64,000 nt of DNA from an uncultured delta proteobacterium. Lineage in GTDB: Bacteria > Desulfobacterota > Binatia > UBA9968. The position numbers and the translations under genes were made by a program. Shown in pieces: positions 40,135 through 50,298 of the stretch. The notes under the pieces were generated by a model. It was not told the DNA's origin. It searched no databases and worked only from the letters and a program-made list of their open reading frames with translations. Position 1 is the first letter of the stretch, and the number at the start of each line of letters is the position of its first letter. Location of the stretch: contig CAVWLW010000032.1 in NCBI GenBank assembly GCA_963755715.1, positions 105,991 through 169,990 on the forward strand. Reading direction: 5' to 3'.

Positions 40135-40587
40135 TCACACGGCGCCATTTTCCTTAGAATAGTCGGTGGTCAGCCATCGTTCGGGGCGCATGCGGATAAG
40201 GACGTTATCGCTATGCGTAGGCGTCTCCTCCATATAGCGGTCCACATAGCGGTCGCCCATTTTTTCTCCGAGATAACGGCGGGCGAGGGGACGCAGATCG
40301 CGCTCGATATCCGCCGTTTCAGTAGAAGTGATGGCGCCTTCCACGCTGACGTACTCGTACGGCGGAGTTTCCGTCTGCACGCAGAGACTAAACCTGCCGG
40401 CCCGCGCGAGCAGTCGACCCTTTCGCGACTCCCGACCGGTCATGATTCGTAGATCTCCTCCCACATCGTAGGCATACCAGATCGGTACCGTGAGCGGTCC
40501 CCGGCCGTCTTCGGAAATGCTAATGATGCCGACGTGAACATCGGCCAGAAACGTCTCGCGCTCTTGTTTCGTCATGATGAGTGACAT
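40135..40587 (-). CDS. Pyridoxamine 5'-phosphate oxidase-like (split beta-barrel) protein
   Basis: RETFLA..HVGII, PLTVPIWY, SRK, YVSVEG, MRPERW. Confidence 0.85.
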   Translation of the reverse strand: MSLIMTKQERETFLADVHVGIISISEDGRGPLTVPIWYAYDVGGDLRIMTGRESRKGRLLARAGRFSLCVQTETPPYEYVSVEGAITSTETADIERDLRPLARRYLGEKMGDRYVDRYMEETPTHSDNVLIRMRPERWLTTDYSKENGAV

Positions 40588-40741
40588 TTTGTCCTCCGTA
40601 TAAATGAGTCGATTTAAGTTGCGTTCATTTCAAGGAAGAGTGATGACACCGTTCTCAACTATATCTATCGAGTTCGGGATCGACAACGACTGAAACCAGT
40701 TGACTCGTAGATAGAAAGCTCGTGCAGTATTAGACTCAGGT

Positions 40742-41830
40742 ATGCATCTTCCCGTGAACCCGCCCGTTTTGCCGATGCTCGCCAAGCGGGTCGAGGAATT
40801 ACCGGCAGGCGCAACATGGATCTTCGAACCGAAATGGGACGGCTTTCGCGCTCTGGTGTTTCGCGACGGGGACGAGGTCCTGATCCAGAGTCGCGACGGG
40901 AAGTCACTGAACCGTTACTTCCCGGAACTGCTCGAGCCGCTCTGCGCACAGTTGCCCGTGCGCTCCGTGCTCGACGGCGAAATCGTCGTCGCCAAGGATG
41001 ACGCGCTCGACTTCGATGCGCTGCAGTTGCGCATTCATCCCGCGCAGTCGCGGGTGAAGCTTCTTTCGCGAGAAATTCCAGCGTCGATTGTGTTTTTCGA
41101 TCTGCTCAGCGAGGGAGATCGGGATCTGCGCAGCATGGCGTTCGCAGATCGTCGATCCATGCTCGAATCGCTGCTTTCATCCGTAGCGCCGCCGATCCAT
41201 TTGACGCCCGCAACCAGAGAATCGAGCATTGCGGCGGATTGGTTTCGTCGCTTCGAGGGCGCCGGTCTCGACGGCGTCGTCGCCAAACCCGTTTCGGGAA
41301 CCTATGAATCCAACAAGCGGGTGATGCTCAAGGTCAAGCACGAGCGCGATTGTGACTGTGTCGTTGCCGGCTTTCGCTGGCACAAAAAAGGTGAGCGCAC
41401 GATGATCGGGTCGCTCTTGCTGGGCCTTTTCGACGACTCCGGCGCGCTGCAGCATGTCGGCGTGTGCGCGAGCTTCACGGAAAAGAAGCGCCGCGAGCTG
41501 GTCGAATTCCTCGCGCCGTACCGCGATAATGCTCTTGCCGCGCACCCTTGGAAAGATTGGGCCGAGCATGCACCAGCGAGCGGTGAAGCCGAACATCGCA
41601 TGCCTGGCGCCCAGAGCCGGTGGAGCGGGGGCAAGGACTTGTCTTGGGAGCCGCTCCGTCCCGAACTGGTCGTCGAAGTCGCTTACGACCACATGCAGGG
41701 CAGCCGCTTCCGTCACACCGCGCAATTTCGCAGGTGGCGCACGGACAAGAAGCCGAGCGAGTGCACGTACGCCCAGCTCGAAATCGTTCCGCCACAAGAG
41801 CTGGCCGCGATTTTCGCTGGCGATCGGTGA
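40742..41830 (+). CDS. ligC: ATP-dependent DNA ligase, LigC-type
   Basis: EPKWDGFR, LDGEIV, FFDLL, DGVVAK, KVKHER, LRPELVVEVAYD, RWRTDK. Confidence 0.9.
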   Translation: MHLPVNPPVLPMLAKRVEELPAGATWIFEPKWDGFRALVFRDGDEVLIQSRDGKSLNRYFPELLEPLCAQLPVRSVLDGEIVVAKDDALDFDALQLRIHPAQSRVKLLSREIPASIVFFDLLSEGDRDLRSMAFADRRSMLESLLSSVAPPIHLTPATRESSIAADWFRRFEGAGLDGVVAKPVSGTYESNKRVMLKVKHERDCDCVVAGFRWHKKGERTMIGSLLLGLFDDSGALQHVGVCASFTEKKRRELVEFLAPYRDNALAAHPWKDWAEHAPASGEAEHRMPGAQSRWSGGKDLSWEPLRPELVVEVAYDHMQGSRFRHTAQFRRWRTDKKPSECTYAQLEIVPPQELAAIFAGDR

Positions 41831-41851
41831 TACGCGTAATTCCAACAAGGA

Positions 41852-41876
41852 AGGGCGACCGGCCGGTCGCCCCTAC
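41852..41876 (-). repeat. GTAG-family REP overlapping the Prim-Pol stop codon
   Basis: AGGGCGACCGGCCGGTCGCCCCTAC. Confidence 0.75.
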
Positions 41877-43186
41877 GACTTCATGGCGCGTCGGTTACGC
41901 CATTCACGCGTTGGATCGTCATCCGGGTCGGGGGTTTCTTGCGCTGGGCGCAACTCTTCGGGCACCTTACGCAGATTCACTCGGATGCGGGTCCAGGTGG
42001 ACGACCTGCCGCGCATGGAGTCGATCAGCACGTCGTCGACGGCGAGCAGCGCGGCGGCTTGGGGATATTTACTTTTCCATCTTTCCAGACCGGCGAGGGC
42101 CGCTTCTTTGTCCGGCGAATTCGCAATCACCAGAAGCGGCGCTTTGGTCCGCGGCTTCTTCGCGACATTCTTCACAGCGGAACGGGCGCGCGAAGGTTGC
42201 ACGCGCGGCGCTTCGCCCTCCATCTTACGAAAATGTGGCGGCCAGGGCGCATCGCCGAGACCTGCCGCCTCGTCTGCCGCAGCGAGCTCTAGCAGCTTTT
42301 CGAGCGAACCTGGCGCGGCGTCGATGTCTGCGTGCGGATCGCCGAACTCCGCGAAGCGCTTGGGAACCGTGAGCACGGTGAAGTCGGCCGGGTCGCAGTT
42401 GGGGACCTCATGCCAGTGAAGCGGCGTGGACACACGGGCGTCGGCCACCGGGCGCACCGAATAGGCGGAACAAGTCGTGCGGTCCTTGGCGTTCTGGTTG
42501 TAGTCGAGGAATACGCCGTGGCGCTCTTCCTTCCACCACTTTGAGCTGGCCAGCGCCGGCGCGCGGCGCTCGACCGCGCGCGACAACGCGAGCGCGGCGC
42601 GGCGCACCTGGTCGAACGTCCAGCGTTGTTCGATCCGCGCGTTCACGTGCATGCCGCGTGAGCCGCTCGTTTTGGGCCAGCCATAAAGGCCCATCTCCTC
42701 GAGAAATGTTTTCACCTCGAGAGCCACGCGGCGCACGTCGTCCCAGCTCACACCGGGACCCGGATCGAGATCGACGCGTAACTCGTCCGGATGATCGAGA
42801 TCGCCGGAGCGCACCGGATGTGGATGCAGTTCGATGCAGCCCAGGTTCACAACCCACGCGAGCCCCGCTGCGTCATCGACGACGATTTCCTCCGCTTTGC
42901 GGCCGGATGGAAATGACAGCGTAACGGTGCGCAACCACGATGGCCGCTTGGCGGGTGCGCGTTTCTGATAGAAAGCCTCGCCTTCGGCCCCGTCGACGAA
43001 ACGTTTGAGCACCAGCGGACGATCCCGGATTCCAGCGAGAGCGCCCGGCGCGACCGACAGGTAATAGCGCACGAGATCGAGTTTCGAGAGCTTTGTCTGC
43101 TGGGAAAAATACGGCTTGTCGGGGTGGGTTACCTGGACCTCGCGCCCGTCGATCGACAGAACCTCGGCTTTGTCTTCTTTCATCAC
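41873..43186 (-). CDS. Stand-alone AEP primase-polymerase (Prim-PolC/LigD-Pol-like)
   Basis: THPDK, FYQKR, ELRVDLDP, KTSGSRGMH, VFLDYNQN, SAYSVR. Confidence 0.9.
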   Translation of the reverse strand: MMKEDKAEVLSIDGREVQVTHPDKPYFSQQTKLSKLDLVRYYLSVAPGALAGIRDRPLVLKRFVDGAEGEAFYQKRAPAKRPSWLRTVTLSFPSGRKAEEIVVDDAAGLAWVVNLGCIELHPHPVRSGDLDHPDELRVDLDPGPGVSWDDVRRVALEVKTFLEEMGLYGWPKTSGSRGMHVNARIEQRWTFDQVRRAALALSRAVERRAPALASSKWWKEERHGVFLDYNQNAKDRTTCSAYSVRPVADARVSTPLHWHEVPNCDPADFTVLTVPKRFAEFGDPHADIDAAPGSLEKLLELAAADEAAGLGDAPWPPHFRKMEGEAPRVQPSRARSAVKNVAKKPRTKAPLLVIANSPDKEAALAGLERWKSKYPQAAALLAVDDVLIDSMRGRSSTWTRIRVNLRKVPEELRPAQETPDPDDDPTREWRNRRAMKS

Positions 43187-43495
43187 GAATCCGACTAACG
43201 CTCAGCCTTGCGGCCAGGCCTTTACAAGCTTAACAATTTCGCTCCATCGATCTAGTTCTGTTTTGATTTTGCAGGTTGAATCCCATTTGATTCGTCCCAT
43301 CCACACGCCGGCGGTATCTGGCTCGATCGGGCGCTTGTACTCGACGAAAAGCAGCTCTCCGGGTGGCAATTTTATTTGAACTCATTTGATTTTTATTTTC
43401 TCATTGCTGTATAAGTTCCGTGCGGTCGCTTTTTAACTGACTGTAAAACTCCACAGCTGTCGAGGCGTGCTAATTTTTAGCGAAAGGAAAAGCTC

Positions 43496-44176
43496 ATGAA
43501 GCAACATATCTTTCTTCTCGCGGCGATGGCGGCGCTCGGTGTCGTCAGCAGTGATAGGGGCCAGAGCATTGGCGCTGAAGGCGCGCAGGCCAGTCCTGCC
43601 ATGAGTTTTTTTGTCAGTAGCACCGGGAGCAAGACTGTCAATTTGGGCGGGTTGCGCGGAGCGGATAAGATTTGCCAGGGGCTGGCGAGCGCAGTCGGTC
43701 TCGGCAACAAAACCTGGCGCGCCTACTTGAGCGCCGAGCGGGACCCCGACAACGGCAACAAGCCGACCGACGCGCGCAGTCGCATCGGCACCGGCCCTTG
43801 GTCCAATGCCAAAGGCGTCGTCGTCGCGAAGGATCTCGACGAGCTGCACGCCCGCAAAGGAGACGCCGACCTGTTTCTCGACGAGCGCGGGCAACGCGTT
43901 CCCGGCAATTGGCCGGATTCACCAAAACCCACGGTGCATGACATTCTGACCGGCTCGACGGCCGACGGTAAGCTCATGGCTGGTAAGACGTGCAACGATT
44001 GGACATCGGACGCTAAAGACCAACAGGCTCAGGTGGGTCACTCGGATGGCCTGGGACCCGGCGGCGATCCGTCCGGGAGATACGCCGTATGGAACTCGGC
44101 ACATGAGAATGGCAGCTGCGCCGATACCGCTCCGCGCGGAGGCGGGGGCCGGATTTACTGCTTCGCAGCGAAATGA
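43496..44176 (+). CDS. Secreted lectin/endostatin-like fold protein
   Basis: Signal peptide; NLGGLRGADKIC, WRAYLS, HDILTGS, C..WTS, IYCFA. Confidence 0.75.
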   Translation: MKQHIFLLAAMAALGVVSSDRGQSIGAEGAQASPAMSFFVSSTGSKTVNLGGLRGADKICQGLASAVGLGNKTWRAYLSAERDPDNGNKPTDARSRIGTGPWSNAKGVVVAKDLDELHARKGDADLFLDERGQRVPGNWPDSPKPTVHDILTGSTADGKLMAGKTCNDWTSDAKDQQAQVGHSDGLGPGGDPSGRYAVWNSAHENGSCADTAPRGGGGRIYCFAAK

Positions 44177-44418
44177 ACGGGCGAGTTAATCGAGCCCATC
44201 TCGTCGTGCTTGCTCGATAGCGACTCTTGTTGGCGGCCCGCGGTTTACCGCATGGCTAAACGCGGGCGAAAGGTCGTTACGACAAATCCCGCCATGCGAA
44301 GGGCGGCGTATGCCTCTTCCGCTGGGCGAGCAGATCCAGCAGGCCATAGAGTTTCCTGCATCGCGTTCATAATTGCTCAAATAACTAAAGCTCACTCCGT
44401 TAAAAGGAGGACATTTCC

Positions 44419-44811
44419 ATGGCAAAGACCACACTCAATCCCGATGGACTGCCGGTGCCGCGTGGGAGTTATTCGCTGGTCAACATTGCGCAGCCGGGCC
44501 GGATGGTGTTCATCGCGGGCCAGACGGCTTCAGATCATGAGGGCAAGGTCATCGGCGCCGGCGATGCACGGGCACAGACGCGTTTCATACTGGGGAAGAT
44601 TCAACGCGCCGTCGAAGCCGCCGGCGGAACGATGAACGATGTCGTCGCCCTGAACGTCTTCACCACGGATGTGCGCAACCACCGTGACATCAACGAAACG
44701 CGCCGTGAAGTCTTGGGATCAAACTTCCCAACCAGTACGATGGTGCAGGTGGTGGCGTTGGCGCGACCAGAGCTGCTGCTGGAGATCAATGCGATCGCGG
44801 TTATTTCGTGA
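44419..44811 (+). CDS. RidA/YjgF family protein
   Basis: YS, VFIAGQ, PTSTMVQVVALARPELLLEI; AAGGAGG RBS. Confidence 0.9.
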   Translation: MAKTTLNPDGLPVPRGSYSLVNIAQPGRMVFIAGQTASDHEGKVIGAGDARAQTRFILGKIQRAVEAAGGTMNDVVALNVFTTDVRNHRDINETRREVLGSNFPTSTMVQVVALARPELLLEINAIAVIS

Positions 44812-44876
44812 TTCCATAAAACAACAACTAGCCAACTCCAGACTGATCCTTTGGGACGGGCTCCGAGGATTGCTTC

Positions 44877-45464
44877 ATGACTGAGAGACCGTTCAGCGAA
44901 ACCGCGGGGCGATCGATCCAGCTCTTCAACGGAGTCAATCTCAATGGCTGGCGGCAGGCCGGCCCAGGCAGATTCAGGATCGAGGATGGAATGCTCGTGA
45001 CGGAAGGCGGCATGGGTCTGCTATGGTATTCGGCCCGACAGTTCGGAAACTTCGAGCTCCAGGTAGACTGGAGGGTGACGAAGAAAAGCGACAACTCAGG
45101 GATCTTCGTTCGTTTCCCTGCGCCGACCGTTCCCAATGAAGCGGGCGGCGATCCACAGGTCGCGATCAATCAGGGATACGAAATCCAGATCGACGACGAG
45201 GGCGCGCCGGACGGCGCTATGATTCACAAGACCGGCGCCATCTATAGCGTCCAGCCACCGGAGAAGATCGCCTCCAAGCAGCCGGGCGAGTGGAACACCT
45301 TTCTGATCCGCGTCGAAGGACAGATTTACAACGTCACGCTAAACGGCGAACCGGTGGTCACCAACTTCAAGGGCAATCGTTCCATGCGCGGTCACATCGG
45401 ACTGCAGAACCATTCACCCGAGGACCAGGTTTTTTTCCGCAACATCATTGCCACGCCGTTCTGA
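44877..45464 (+). CDS. DUF1080 (3-keto-disaccharide hydrolase) protein
   Basis: LFNGVNLNGW, NSGIFVR, YEIQI, TGAIY, EWNT, GHIGLQNH, FRNI. Confidence 0.88.
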   Translation: MTERPFSETAGRSIQLFNGVNLNGWRQAGPGRFRIEDGMLVTEGGMGLLWYSARQFGNFELQVDWRVTKKSDNSGIFVRFPAPTVPNEAGGDPQVAINQGYEIQIDDEGAPDGAMIHKTGAIYSVQPPEKIASKQPGEWNTFLIRVEGQIYNVTLNGEPVVTNFKGNRSMRGHIGLQNHSPEDQVFFRNIIATPF

Positions 45465-45589
45465 ACTGGAATGTGTCAATGCAACGCCTGACCGTGCGCC
45501 TTGCGACTGGACTCCGCTTGCACGCCGACGGTGAATCTCGAGTTCAATCCGCACGGGATAAAACGATAACCCCCGTCAAGGAGACGTTC

Positions 45590-46669
45590 ATGGTCATGGA
45601 TCGAGTCGTTCACATAACCAAAAAGTGGCTGGGCAGCGCGCTTTTGCTGCTCGGGGCGGTCGAGTGTTTTGCCGCCGCTGCGCCCGCGTCGATTTCACAA
45701 TTGGCCCTCTATCAAGGCGCCGACCGGGAAAAGATTTTGATCGAGGGCGCCAAGAAAGAAGCCGCGTTCATGCTCTACGGCTCCCACACTTGGTATCGCA
45801 CCATGGCCACGGAGTTCGAGAAAAAGTATCCATTCATCAAGGTTACGGAGTATCGCACCGATGGACGAACCTTGATCAAGCGGGCGTTGGAAGAAATTCG
45901 CGCCGGCCAATACATCGCCGACGTGATCGCGACGACCGGCGAACAGATGGATCTGATGAAACGCGAGGGAGTATTTCTAGAATACCATGTTCCGGAAGCG
46001 CGCAATTATCCCGAAGACGTCAAGCACAAAGGCAAGAACGGTTTTTATTATGTCGGCCACTACGAAACCTACGCCAGTTTGGGCTTCAATACCTCGTTCA
46101 TCCCGACCGCCGATGCGCCGAAAACCATGCTCGATTTATTGAATCCGAAGTGGAAGGGCAAGATGTCGATCGTCAGCACCACGACGGGAACGCGTTGGAT
46201 CGGCAGCACGCTGGAATCCTTCGGCCGGGAATATCTCGATAAGCTCGCCGATCAAGACGTCAAAGTGCAAAACATGTCCGGGGCGGCCTTGTCCGGCATG
46301 GTGGTCTCGGGTGAAGTCCCGCTGTCGCCGACGATCTTCGACGCCAACATCACCCAAGCCAAACAAAAAGGCGCGCCGGTGGAATGGCGCCCCCTCGAAC
46401 CCGTCGTGACTACCGTTGCGTATGCCGGCTTGACGCTCAAGGCGCCCCATCCCCACGCCGCCTTGCTCTTCCTCGACTGGCTCCATTCCAAGGAGGGTCA
46501 ACAGATGATCCAGAAAGGCGGCCTCTGGTCGCCCCGCGAAGACATCGGATCATTGGCGCAAAAATTCAAAAAATCCTACATCGACGAGAAATACGGCGTC
46601 GAAGAAGCGGAAAAAAAATACGCCGAGTGGGACAAGTTGATGCAGCAACTGTTTATCAGACGAAAATAA
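45590..46669 (+). CDS. ABC substrate-binding protein, Fe3+/AfuA-like class
   Basis: [37 protein letters not shown]. Confidence 0.85.
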   Translation: MVMDRVVHITKKWLGSALLLLGAVECFAAAAPASISQLALYQGADREKILIEGAKKEAAFMLYGSHTWYRTMATEFEKKYPFIKVTEYRTDGRTLIKRALEEIRAGQYIADVIATTGEQMDLMKREGVFLEYHVPEARNYPEDVKHKGKNGFYYVGHYETYASLGFNTSFIPTADAPKTMLDLLNPKWKGKMSIVSTTTGTRWIGSTLESFGREYLDKLADQDVKVQNMSGAALSGMVVSGEVPLSPTIFDANITQAKQKGAPVEWRPLEPVVTTVAYAGLTLKAPHPHAALLFLDWLHSKEGQQMIQKGGLWSPREDIGSLAQKFKKSYIDEKYGVEEAEKKYAEWDKLMQQLFIRRK

Positions 46670-47068
46670 GTCAATGCTGAAGTGGCTGACCAAGGAAAGA
46701 GAAAGCCTGGTCGTTAGTACGTCGGAAGGTCCTGTGGTTGGTAACTCCGATGATCGGTTGATTCCGTCGGCAAACCTTAAAGGTGAGATACTTGTGCCGT
46801 ACCGAAGTCCACAGCAGCATCTCACTGAAACCCCCGCCACTCACAGCCTAAAGAAAAACGACGAAGCACCGTCACCGGAGCTACCGGAGATTTGTTACAA
46901 CAAGAAAGATGCCACAGTAAAATACGTTGTACCTTGTCGGTGTTTTCAGTTTGCCGGTAAGATCCGCCTCATAATGATCCAAGCGGTTGTACAAGTACGT
47001 ACGGACCCAGGGGTTTGTTAGCACGTGGTTGGCGGTCGCTTGCTCGTTCTACGAGCCAGTGACACGAA

Positions 47069-47413
47069 CTATTTGCCGTCGTCGATGCTGACGACGATGA
47101 TGGCGTTGGCGATCAGCCAGCCGTCGTCGCCCTTTTCATTCAGCACCTGCAATCCGCCGTGGACGACGTTGACGTGCCCGCCGCCGTGGGGCAACGTTTC
47201 CAGCACGGCTTTCTTATCTACGGCCTCGGGCTTCGGCACGCCGATGGTGACCTCCACCCGCATATCGTCCGCGGTCTTGCCCACCAGCCGCGGAAATCCC
47301 AAGCTGCTGTGATGAATCGCATCGAACACCGCCCGCTTGGCGGCATTGGTGTAATCCAATCCGTGCACATCCACTCCCATTCCCATTTCTGTAACGCACC
47401 GTACTAAAGCCAT
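47069..47413 (-). CDS. Lin0512-family protein
   Basis: EMGMGVDVHG.DYT.AAKRAV.DAI.HSS, IGVP, LPHG, GGL. Confidence 0.85.
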   Translation of the reverse strand: MALVRCVTEMGMGVDVHGLDYTNAAKRAVFDAIHHSSLGFPRLVGKTADDMRVEVTIGVPKPEAVDKKAVLETLPHGGGHVNVVHGGLQVLNEKGDDGWLIANAIIVVSIDDGK

Positions 47414-47668
47414 ACCTGGTTACCTCCATGCAAACGAAATCAGTTTCAAACGTTCCAAAGGTTCCAATTCTTCAGATGTTCCAGTAGTTGAGCGCCTGCG
47501 TTTCAACGAGAAAACGAGCGCTAAGTTCTCGATGTCGCTCTATTTATGCGATCTCGTATCGTCGAATCAATACCTTGCGCTGGTTGGACCCACGGGTAGA
47601 GCTAAATACGTTTTGAACGATTGGAACGGAGCGCAGCGGTGAAACGACTGAAACGGGCCGCAAGTATT

Positions 47669-48775
47669 TCAATCGCGAATATCCTGCAGAAACCATTCGG
47701 TCGGAATCTCGCGCCCGAGGCCGGCTTGCTTGGCGAGCTCGTAGACTTTACCCGCCACCGCGTGGAACTGGGCGCCCTGCAGATTGCCGCGCTCGGAATA
47801 CGTGATCTGATCCGGCGAGCTGCGCCCTTTCACCTTGCCGGCGACGAGGTCGGCGAGCGTGATCCGGCGATCCGGCAGCGTGTTGCCGTGCTTGCGGCGG
47901 TCACGGCGGCCGTCGCCATACTTATGTTGCTGTGGGCGCGCTTCGTAGCCGACATGCTCGGCGTCGGTGGCGAGCTCGGGATGGCCGGTGGGCGCCGGCG
48001 TGTCGCCGAACCGCAGGTAGACGTCGACCCGTTTCAGGCTCTCGGTGTCGGGTTTGCCGGTGCCGCCGACGACCACGATGTGGGTGCCTTTTTCGAGCCA
48101 TGCGCCGTCGGTCACTTCGACCGCGGAATCGGTGAGAGCCGCCACGATGTGGGCGCCCTTGTAGACCTCTTCGGGGCGGTTGCAGACTTTTACCTCGATA
48201 TTGTATTTCGCCGCCATCTCGTGCGCGAAGCGCTCGCGGTTTTCGCGCGTCGGGCTGAACACCTGCAGCTTCTCGATTTTGCGCACGCGCGTGAAAGCCT
48301 CCATGTGCGTGCGCGCCATGCCGCCCGCGCCCAGCATGCCGACCACCTCGGCGTCTTTGTTCGCGAGGTACTTCACGCCGATGCCGCCGTCGGCGCCGAC
48401 CCGCATGTGCTGCAGGTAGCCGTCGTTGACGAAGGCAAGCGGTTCGGCGTTCTCGATCGAGGTCAGCAGGATCAGGCCGCAGTAAAGGCCGGGCCGCACA
48501 CAGTACTTTTCCTGCGTGACGACGCCTTTGTATTCTTTTTCATAGACGATGTCGGACTTCATGCGGATCGCGAAGTAGCCGGCGGTCGATCCTCCCTCCA
48601 TGGTGCCCCACTGGTAGTTCCGCGCCGGATCGCTGGTGGGAATACGGATGTCGATGCGCGGCCGGCAGACCGCCTCCTGGGCAGCGAGCTGCAAATAAGA
48701 TTGTTCCAGCGCCGCAATGGTGTCCTCCATGGTGAGGACCTGTTGGACTTCTTGGTTGTTGATGATGAGCGTCAT
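47669..48775 (-). CDS. Ornithine cyclodeaminase/mu-crystallin family protein
   Basis: RPRID, MRVGA, GMLGAGGMA Rossmann motif, GTHI. Confidence 0.85.
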   Translation of the reverse strand: MTLIINNQEVQQVLTMEDTIAALEQSYLQLAAQEAVCRPRIDIRIPTSDPARNYQWGTMEGGSTAGYFAIRMKSDIVYEKEYKGVVTQEKYCVRPGLYCGLILLTSIENAEPLAFVNDGYLQHMRVGADGGIGVKYLANKDAEVVGMLGAGGMARTHMEAFTRVRKIEKLQVFSPTRENRERFAHEMAAKYNIEVKVCNRPEEVYKGAHIVAALTDSAVEVTDGAWLEKGTHIVVVGGTGKPDTESLKRVDVYLRFGDTPAPTGHPELATDAEHVGYEARPQQHKYGDGRRDRRKHGNTLPDRRITLADLVAGKVKGRSSPDQITYSERGNLQGAQFHAVAGKVYELAKQAGLGREIPTEWFLQDIRD

Positions 48776-49024
48776 GATGTGCAATTACCTCTTCAGCCGG
48801 CGGATTAATGTGGAGTAATGACAACGGGAGCACTTCTCCGTCAAGATTTCCGCAGCCTACGGCTTCAGCGGAGTCGCTGCAAGGCACGCGAAGCAAAGAT
48901 TGTAAAAATTGTTATGTCAGGCCGCGTTCGTTGACCTGGGGGTATCTGCGTTGGAGCTGAATGCAGGTTGAGATAGCCAATTAAGGTTTGCGGTGACGTA
49001 TAGCAATTGCTAAAATCGTGCTCA

Positions 49025-49282
49025 ATGGAGGTCGTCTTCACCAGCTCCGCGTTTCGACACGGCTACACCAAACAAGATTTTTATGAACTATTGGCAACGG
49101 ATTATTTGAAGATTCGAAGTCAACGCGGACTCGATGAGGTCTATGAATTGCTCGGAAGAAATCTAAGCGGCTCCTATCTCCACGTTGTCTATCGTGTCTT
49201 ACCCGACCATCGGCTACGAGTTTTTCATATGAATGGCATGACTGAAGCGCAAAAGCGGCGCTATCGGAGGTTCCGAAGATGA
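49025..49282 (+). CDS. Putative BrnT/RelE-fold toxin
   Basis: 85 aa; RHG, LLGRN..G.YLHVVY, MTEAQKRRY C-terminus. Confidence 0.65.
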   Translation: MEVVFTSSAFRHGYTKQDFYELLATDYLKIRSQRGLDEVYELLGRNLSGSYLHVVYRVLPDHRLRVFHMNGMTEAQKRRYRRFRR

Positions 49283-49596
49283 AAAAGACAAAACGAAAAG
49301 CTTCTCGTTTAACCAGTAAGTCGACGGATGAAGAGGTCATCCGCTGGACAAAGTCCCATGATGTGTTCGATCGGCTGGAAAAAGGCGTATCTGAAGTCGT
49401 CGAGGATCACAGCGATTTAGACGAGGCTCTTCGAGAAGCAATTTTCCAAGACAATACTGCCCAACTTAATATGCGCCTCCCGCCGGCCATGAAGGCTGTG
49501 CTGAGCAAGCTTGCACGCCAACGCACAACGGATGCGACTACCCTTGCCCGTATATGGCTAGCGGAACGGTTGGAACGGGAACTCAAAGCCGGATGA
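49279..49596 (+). CDS. Putative CopG/RHH antitoxin
   Basis: ATGA coupling; EEVIRW..HD, LNMRLP...LSKLA...TLARIWLAERL. Confidence 0.7.
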   Translation: MKKTKRKASRLTSKSTDEEVIRWTKSHDVFDRLEKGVSEVVEDHSDLDEALREAIFQDNTAQLNMRLPPAMKAVLSKLARQRTTDATTLARIWLAERLERELKAG

Positions 49597-49691
49597 ATTG
49601 ACTGTTAGCGTGATGAAACCGACCCCATTTACGGAAGATACAAAATTCGTTAACCAAGCTGTAACCTCACCGCCAGCGGCATCGCCTCGGC

Positions 49692-50106
49692 TCCACATCG
49701 GCGGCATTTTTGGAAATTTGGTCAGCGCCGGATCCATGTGATCCCAAGGCTGAGCGCTGGAAGTGAAGATGTCCAAGGTCGGCTTATACAAGCTCGGGTC
49801 ATCGAGGCTCCCGGCCGTGATCATCGCGAGGTCCGGCATAGCGCTGGTCTTGCCGAACAAACTCGCACCGCACTCCGGGCAAAAACCGCGGCTCAACGTA
49901 TTGCCACTGTCTGCTTTGCCGTCGTAATACTTGACCGCGCCCGTAATCTTTAGCGCCGCGGCCGGCAGTCCGATGTCAGGTTCATATGCGCCACCGCTTG
50001 CCTTCTGGCAATCGCGGCAGTGGCAATTACCCATAAAAAGCGGATCGGCGGAACATTCGTAGCGCACCCGACCGCAAAGACAGCCTCCGGTAAATCGAGT
50101 AGCCAT
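49692..50106 (-). CDS. GFA (glutathione-dependent formaldehyde-activating) family protein
   Basis: GGCLCG, CHCRDCQK, FCPECG; natural stop probably ATG-TGA near 49693, masked by an extra G. Confidence 0.88.
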
Positions 50107-50298
50107 AGTTTTTACTCCTTGCTTGTCCGTCAATTCTTAGCATCACTATTTCGAGAAATCGATGATGAGCCACGGACCACGTGCGTTTGACCAAGAGCCG
50201 ATCGATCAGCTCATCAAAAATAGTTGAGCTGGAAAAGTCTAGACCTCCGCCAGAATTCGCGCTTTCGTTATTGCGAAGGCGCTTTTAGGAGTTGTGAT

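Noticed and set aside
43202-43380. Short minus-strand open stretch upstream of Prim-PolC
   Set aside because: No clear start and no family recognised; possibly another gene stub, but unidentifiable by eye.
46674-47021. 115-aa ORF after the SBP gene
   Set aside because: No RBS, no motif and atypical composition; cannot be supported as a gene.
49558-49691. GFA C-terminal extension overlapping the antitoxin
   Set aside because: Explained by one extra G converting ATG-TGA into ATG-TGG-A.
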